Shown here: one piece after another, positions 59,701 to 64,000 of the stretch
How the letters are laid out: each line of letters opens with the position of its first letter
How positions within the stretch are numbered: position 1 is the stretch's first letter
IMG/VR virus record: IMGVR_UViG_3300031992_000005
Span: 224,001 to 288,000 of that record
Reading direction: 5' to 3' (one strand)
Length of the DNA stretch: 64,000 nucleotides
Source: a virus
The notes under the pieces: model-generated
The model's database searches: none
What the model saw: the letters and a program-made list of their open reading frames with translations, nothing else
Told to the model about the DNA's origin: nothing
Made by a program: the position numbers and the translations under genes

Positions 59701-61328
59701 CAGACGAAGCAGATAATACTGGACTAGATGCCAAACTCAAGAAAACCTTTGAGGATGATAATCTTTTCTTTGAAGGTATTCCTTTATCTAATCTTCCTAA
59801 GAATTACTTTAACTCAGCACATGGTATAGGGTCAAGTGCATCTAATCCTAGCACATATCTTAGATGGTTAGCTGAGCGGTCCGTAGGTAGTGCTCTTAGG
59901 CATGATAAGTCTGGAAAGTTATCAAGCACAAAGAGTAGTCTTAGACAAATAGCACTTGATGAGACTCTATCACTCTTAGTTCTAGCTAGAGATAAAATGG
60001 AGAAGTTGACTAAGAGTAATCGAGATAGACTTCCAGGAAACGAAGGACTCTTAGGTGATGTGGGTAAACTTATTAGTCAAGGTGCTACTGCTGCAGTCAC
60101 TTCACTCGCTAAGAAAGCCGTGAAGGGAATGTTTGGTGCTAATAAACTAGACTACACTGTTCCTCAGAATAGACCTACCGATAAGCAAGAGACTTCTAGT
60201 TTCATTGCCATGAATGATAAGGGTAGAGATAACTCATCTGAAGGTATTGAAGGAAAAGAGTATGGTTTTCAAGAAAATTATCTAAATCCAATTAAGAAGG
60301 ATTATACAAAAGTTATTCCAGGCTTTAACTGGTCATTGGACGGTGTAAATCTCTCTAATAAGAAGTGGAATTCAACAACATATAGATTGAGAGTTCCAGA
60401 TAAAATAGAATCGGGCACTCGAGTATATCCTAGAGCCGGCATAATGACTACTTTAAGTGAACTCTGTGGGCAAGAAAATACTAGTGAAGTTGATACAGTA
60501 GATAAATTATTCAATCTACTAAAAAATAGTCCTTATATATCAACTGCAGGTAAGGTAACTTCGTCAGATGAACATCCATTAAAGGTAAGTACATTAGATT
60601 CTAATATGAGATGGGAAATAATATTTACACCTTTTGTTGGATTAGAAAACGGTGAAATATCTTTTTTACCACCAATAGAAGAAATCAATGTTTGGAATTT
60701 GGTTTACCACGGAATAAAAACGGGCTATAACTATTTTGCACCAATCAATTCGTTTGAATTAGGAAAAGCAAAATTAAATTCAAAAACAGTTCCACTATTC
60801 GAAGGAGAAATTAGTTACCCTACATCAATGGAATTCACTAATGAACTTAGACTTACTTTTGTAGACGATCAATTTAAATCGTGGAGAACTTATTTTGAGA
60901 GATGCGTAGATGCTAGTATATACAATAGTACTGTTCATAGAAAAGAAGATTATGACGGCACTTATGACATACAAGGTAAACTAACTGCCATAGATAAAAC
61001 TTATACTTGTATAGCTCCCTATAAAAATATAGCTTTTAGGTGTACTATCTATTCAATGACTCCTCAGTACAGTACAGTATCAAAGTATGATCTTCTCCTA
61101 GTAATGAAAGATTTCGCGGAAGAGAGATCGGGTGATATTGACGCCAGTGGACAAGATCTAACGGTTAATTTTAGTATTGTTGGTGAAAACCCTAGAAACG
61201 AATTAACTAAAGTTACTACACCTAACGCTATCAAATCAAATGTTTATGCACCTCCTAGAAATAATAATAGAGGGGAATATGAATCCATTATTAACGGCGG
61301 AATCGATAACATGGTTAAATTACTTTAA
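56718..61328 (+). CDS. giant repeat-containing tail protein with C-terminal gp19/gp54-like tube-fold domain
   Basis: The start is taken at ATG 56718 (MDKEVK), 2 nt after the upstream stop; the track allows 56697. The C-terminal NMRWEIIFTPF...TNELRLTFVDDQFKSWRTYFERC...DLTVNFSIVGE parallels T4 gp19 NLFQVEISY...DDWTVTVMNDEAHDARQKFVDW...QTFEVTLALDY. Confidence 0.7.
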   Translation: MDKEVKRDNMIPGSCEEFTRPEEIKALSKYLRKVKKDLEDNTYLIRDNLELYGRADGRTMRHIDELPDKVESLQKGDHPEVSTLPGYKEVLGAKDTIEELPGDKISLDDVSQETSLSDHIETIEVTDKPFLEKRLEILENAIREAELENEKVLLEDNTETKLDNYKSRLQDTEQDIELSSTREDLGNTDKPIDLPKKKEILEDSNSNPDKLGDYVETLHPSVEPPHLEDHREDLIVKDETSLSNISEVLPKDVVLQEHEQFDPNRDTLYDANIARPGGDNDGDSTLEDYIDPLLGKREDPKLHDESTITKIQPKPEEVKLHDDSTITRVKPSPEEVELHDDSTITRIEPSPEEVELHDESTITKIKPRPEEPEIHDDSTITPILGKIPEPELSDKSEQIVGKIPTPRLNDDSTITKIQPGPTYPELHDDSTITKIQPRPEEVELHDESTITKIQPSPEEVELHDESTITKIQPKPEEVGLHDESTVVQIEPSPEEVELHDESTRTSIDDAASGEHAQFNPNGDSLYDANIILPGNIVDPELHDDSTVTKIQPSPEEVELHDESTVTKIEPSPEEVELHDESTIVQIEPGPEEVELHDDSTITRIEPSPEEVELHDDSTVTKIEPSPEEVELHDESTITRIEPSPEEVELHDDSTITKIEPSPEEVELHNESTVTKIEPSPVDPELHDNSTITKIEPSPEGVELHDESTITKIGPNPDPELHDDSTVTKIQPEPEEVELTGSSSISHLDIPKELSTEVQVKFDPNINKHTARTSGIPSENPIGWGETLDDIVEDIVGDIPENSLSEKKVELEDTSPEDSIEKHKELLIDTSPEDSIEKHKELLIDTSPEDKLVSKKIIEENNIEADEEKFVPYLEAKRKKKLEGWVKEKRRQVDLETKVVPGIPAPTNSLADGPVEDLIRDISMLRDKDLNVYYQNILKFANDNVKNLGKWGEKARSIMSSLASSKMTSEDLENFEKRLYGSIILEDYATRKEDRTDEADNTGLDAKLKKTFEDDNLFFEGIPLSNLPKNYFNSAHGIGSSASNPSTYLRWLAERSVGSALRHDKSGKLSSTKSSLRQIALDETLSLLVLARDKMEKLTKSNRDRLPGNEGLLGDVGKLISQGATAAVTSLAKKAVKGMFGANKLDYTVPQNRPTDKQETSSFIAMNDKGRDNSSEGIEGKEYGFQENYLNPIKKDYTKVIPGFNWSLDGVNLSNKKWNSTTYRLRVPDKIESGTRVYPRAGIMTTLSELCGQENTSEVDTVDKLFNLLKNSPYISTAGKVTSSDEHPLKVSTLDSNMRWEIIFTPFVGLENGEISFLPPIEEINVWNLVYHGIKTGYNYFAPINSFELGKAKLNSKTVPLFEGEISYPTSMEFTNELRLTFVDDQFKSWRTYFERCVDASIYNSTVHRKEDYDGTYDIQGKLTAIDKTYTCIAPYKNIAFRCTIYSMTPQYSTVSKYDLLLVMKDFAEERSGDIDASGQDLTVNFSIVGENPRNELTKVTTPNAIKSNVYAPPRNNNRGEYESIINGGIDNMVKLL
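57618..58240 (+). repeat. 54-bp (18-aa) in-frame tandem repeat, block 1 (about 11-12 units)
   Basis: Units of consensus ELHD[DE]STITKI[EQ]PSPEEV start with KLHDESTITKIQPKPEEV at 57618. The block is preceded by EHEQFDPNRDTLYDANI. Confidence 0.85.
58334..58935 (+). repeat. 54-bp (18-aa) in-frame tandem repeat, block 2 (about 11-12 units)
   Basis: Same consensus. Preceded by the duplicated anchor EHAQFNPNGDSLYDANI and followed by VQVKFDPNINKH. Confidence 0.85.
59151..59268 (+). repeat. 48-bp in-frame tandem repeat (2.4 units)
   Basis: DTSPEDSIEKHKELLI twice, then DTSPEDK. Units start at 59151, 59199 and 59247. Confidence 0.85.
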
Positions 61329-61333
61329 TAATT

Positions 61334-63484
61334 ATGTACATTAAATTAGGATCAACAACATTAAATTATCCTTCTATACCGTACGATGATTTTATGGTAT
61401 TTTCCGAAGTTATCGACTCTCAAGTAGGATATGAAAAGCCAGTATTGGTTAGAACAATAGAGCAATTAGATAAATGGTTTGGTAGAGATTTTACTAGTAG
61501 AGATTATTTTGAGGAACTAATCAATAGTGGAGTAACTCTCTTACTAACAAAACCCCTAGGATCCTATTCCAATGATCTCGGAATAGAGTTCTCTGGCGAT
61601 GGTATCACGGTTGTGGATGATATTTATACATACAATAGTCTACCCACTACTACGGATCAGACCAAAGTTTATAAAGTCTATAATCCAAATGGCACTGGTG
61701 AATTTACAGGTACCCTAGGTGATACTGAGATAACTTATGACTTATATCGATGGATAGCAGATAATGAATCTATACCTAATGGCTATTACAAAAAGGATGA
61801 TTTACCTAATATCATTAAAGCAGATTCACAGTCACTGAATAATAGGGATACTCTTAGGTTATTTTCCACAGACAATACTACCGTCTACACGCATTTCGTA
61901 TATAGTGAACGCGAAAATACAGGATCAACAGAAGAGGGTTCATTGAATCTAAGTAACTTGAACTTGGAAAGAATAGAATTAGGTTATCAGACTCTAGTCT
62001 TTGATATAGTAGAGCGTGAAGATCCAGGTAATACTCTTCAAGAAAACTCTTATATAATTTTCCCTAATGAACCTACGTCAGATAAGACTGAAAATACTTT
62101 ATACTATCACGGAAATGTAGATGAGCTAGGGGTTGATAGTAAATATTATGAAGAAGGCGCTGAGATAAGCTTTGATAGCTTAGATGATCTTTTTGGGAAA
62201 TTAGAAGGAGTAGAAAAAGTAGGTAATAAGTTAGTTGCAAACCGACCTATCGATACTACATTCTTTTATGAAGGTCTCGGGATAGATCTTATACCAAATT
62301 ACCTAGAAACTCATCATATTCTTGATAAATATGAGAACTCTAAGGATAGTTCTACAGATGAACCAATCAATAATCGTATTGTAGATTTTTGGTCTAAAAC
62401 TATTGGTACTGCCGGTATTGACGGTAATATAGCTGTGACTATAGAGGAATCTTTAGATGAGGGAAATTATAGAATTATTATTGAGAGATTTGGTCACCTA
62501 GAAATTTTTGAGGGACCTATAAAAGTTACCGCAGGAATAGAAAGACTAGATTATCGAATAAGTAGATTATCTGAACTAGTGTACTGTGATTTCGCTGAAG
62601 GAATAGAAGAATTACCGTTAGGTACATGGACTTTGAAAGGAGCCATTGAAGAAACGTATAATTATGAATCTTATAACAATGGCTTAGATGAGATCTTTGA
62701 GGAAGCTGATAGAACTTTTCCAGATTTTTTCTTAATACCTGATTCTTCTTTATATGTACCGGAAAGAAATACATTAGATGAGAATATAGAGGAACACGAA
62801 AAGTTCTATAAAAAAATACTAGGATATGCCAAAGAGTCTGGATGTCAAGTATTAGTTGAGAATGAAGACACTAAAAATAATTATAAATGTAACTACACGG
62901 GTGATGTGTTTAATAGATTAGTGTACTTTTATAGATCAATGATGCTAGGTGATGTCCCTAGACCAGGCTACTATATATTTATTAGGGGATTATTAAGAGA
63001 CATTTATTCAATGTCTACTGATATAATCTACTATAAAAGCATAAAGGATCTGAGCAAAGATAAAAATTCATATGAAGAAACAGAGGAATTCGAGGATCTG
63101 AAAAAATATAAATGCAATTATTTAATAGACAACGGATTAATGTACTATTATAAAGAGTATCAGAACGGCGATAAGTATGAGACTTCAATATGGATGAGAT
63201 TTGTTCTCGGAAAAATCAAAAGAGAGTTAGAAAAGAATAAGTGGAAATACCTAGGTGAAAAAAATCAGGGAAAAATAAGAGAAAATATTTCTGCAATTCT
63301 CAATAAAGTTTCCTCTAATTTTGGAATAATTAGAGACTTAAGCATACTAGACATTAGATTCCACTTAGAAAGTAATAAGGTTGATGTTGATATTGAAACA
63401 ACAATATCAGACCTTGTAAAAAATCACATGATAGTTAATTTTACTATAAATTATAATAAGCAAGATGGCAAATACAGTATCTGA
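61334..63484 (+). CDS. second tail-sheath-like protein (paralog-type)
   Basis: N-terminal GYEKPVLVRTIEQLDKWFG. C-terminal blocks LKKYKCNYLIDNGLMYYYKEY, SIWMRFVLGKIKRELEKNKWKYLGEKN and HMIVNFTINY parallel gp18 LYQEAINPVTGTGGDGYVLYGDKT, INVRRLFNMLKTNIGRSSKYRLFELN and INYITLNFV. It sits directly upstream of the tube gene. Confidence 0.5.
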   Translation: MYIKLGSTTLNYPSIPYDDFMVFSEVIDSQVGYEKPVLVRTIEQLDKWFGRDFTSRDYFEELINSGVTLLLTKPLGSYSNDLGIEFSGDGITVVDDIYTYNSLPTTTDQTKVYKVYNPNGTGEFTGTLGDTEITYDLYRWIADNESIPNGYYKKDDLPNIIKADSQSLNNRDTLRLFSTDNTTVYTHFVYSERENTGSTEEGSLNLSNLNLERIELGYQTLVFDIVEREDPGNTLQENSYIIFPNEPTSDKTENTLYYHGNVDELGVDSKYYEEGAEISFDSLDDLFGKLEGVEKVGNKLVANRPIDTTFFYEGLGIDLIPNYLETHHILDKYENSKDSSTDEPINNRIVDFWSKTIGTAGIDGNIAVTIEESLDEGNYRIIIERFGHLEIFEGPIKVTAGIERLDYRISRLSELVYCDFAEGIEELPLGTWTLKGAIEETYNYESYNNGLDEIFEEADRTFPDFFLIPDSSLYVPERNTLDENIEEHEKFYKKILGYAKESGCQVLVENEDTKNNYKCNYTGDVFNRLVYFYRSMMLGDVPRPGYYIFIRGLLRDIYSMSTDIIYYKSIKDLSKDKNSYEETEEFEDLKKYKCNYLIDNGLMYYYKEYQNGDKYETSIWMRFVLGKIKRELEKNKWKYLGEKNQGKIRENISAILNKVSSNFGIIRDLSILDIRFHLESNKVDVDIETTISDLVKNHMIVNFTINYNKQDGKYSI

Positions 63485-64000
63485 TCTGGTGAGAGGAAGT
63501 AATGACTTACACCAAAAATTTATTGATTACGAAAAATCCTATAAGGATGGTAATAAAGAATTTCTTCGTGGTGATATGTGGGAATTTCATTTTCTTACCG
63601 CACCGAAGATTGTTTACTATCCAGGAGACGACTTAATTAACAAACGCCTAAATTCAGTGCAGGTAGGTATCGATTATAGCGTAATCGGTTTTGAAAAGAG
63701 AATGAGAAATAACTATGTAATCTATCAACAAGCTGACCAGTCTACGTACGGTACACTCACGCTTGGCTTTGTCGATCGTGAAGACCAGGCAATCACTTAC
63801 TTTGCAGATGACTGGAGACAAAAGATTGCTGACCGTGATACTAAGTATTCTTTCAGAAAGGATGATGTAGTAGCAGACTGTGAACTTTACATTACAAACT
63901 CATCTCGTATTGACGTTCGTTACTTACGTTTCTACAACTGTATCATAACTGATGCAACTACTGATGAAAGTGGTGCAACTGACCCTGGTACAGATCGTGC
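63465..64000 (+). CDS. tail tube protein (T4 gp19-like), partial at window end
   Basis: My own translation from ATG 63465: MANTVSDLVRG...FLRGDMWEFHFLTAP...STYGTLTLGFVDREDQAITYFADDWRQKIAD. This parallels gp19 FARPNLFQVEISY...RTFDDWTVTVMNDEAHDARQKFVDWQSIAAG. The frame is open to position 64000. Confidence 0.7.
   Translation, partial: MANTVSDLVRGSNDLHQKFIDYEKSYKDGNKEFLRGDMWEFHFLTAPKIVYYPGDDLINKRLNSVQVGIDYSVIGFEKRMRNNYVIYQQADQSTYGTLTLGFVDREDQAITYFADDWRQKIADRDTKYSFRKDDVVADCELYITNSSRIDVRYLRFYNCIITDATTDESGATDPGTDR

Noticed and set aside
1-64000. First impression of a crAss-like podovirus, with possible stop-codon reassignment
   Set aside because: The window encodes gp18-like sheath and gp19-like tube proteins, so the tail is contractile. 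All long ORFs close with standard stops and no in-frame TAG or TGA read-through is needed. The only broken gene is explained by poly-A frameshifts.

Overview
The window is a contiguous piece of a large, AT-rich, lytic tailed-phage genome. It has no cellular housekeeping genes, no rRNA, no canonical tRNA, no integrase and no CRISPR array. Almost all genes are on the + strand, tightly packed, often with ATGA or TAATG stop/start overlaps. Most lack a visible Shine-Dalgarno sequence, which by inference suggests a Bacteroidota-type host.

Layout:
- 1-822 (-): N-terminal exonuclease part of a Pol I-type DNA polymerase, running off the window.
- 1.1-15.6 kb: nucleotide-metabolism and replication module. 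It holds a metallophosphoesterase, a PARG-like macrodomain protein, a Nudix hydrolase, ThyX, a primase, an SF2 helicase, a DnaB/gp41-like helicase and a RusA-like protein.
- 15.6-21.4 kb: twelve tandem, translationally coupled paralogs of an unknown family.
- 21.4-23.6 kb: a soluble P-loop ATPase fused to an FtsH-like (M41) peptidase.
- 23.6-25.2 kb: a 1.56-kb non-coding region. It has seven ~100-bp cassettes (promoter-like box, conserved hairpin, T-run), followed by a 655-bp dyad-symmetric module with iteron-like boxes around a structured core.
- 25.2-64 kb: T4-type morphogenesis module. It holds a gp20-like portal candidate, TerL, a gp21-like prohead protease, an acidic repeat scaffold-like protein, a gp23-like major capsid protein, a gp18-like sheath, a second sheath-like paralog, a 1536-aa repeat protein ending in a gp19-like tube fold, and a gp19-like tube protein that runs off the window.

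Most interesting observations:
1. At least 20 otherwise unrelated proteins of the head/virion module start with the same leader (MIILRxKEFS-like). The related [KR]-x-[FY]-S motif recurs at scaffold repeat junctions and in the capsid protein N-terminus. This suggests a capsid-targeting or protease-processing system for packaged proteins.
2. The 12-gene paralog accordion.
3. The cassette array and the dyad module.
4. Three covarying tRNA-like mini-cloverleaves in intergenic spacers.
5. A three-gene cassette for processing ADP-ribose.

All calls rest on reading motifs in the supplied translations and the DNA. No database search was possible.
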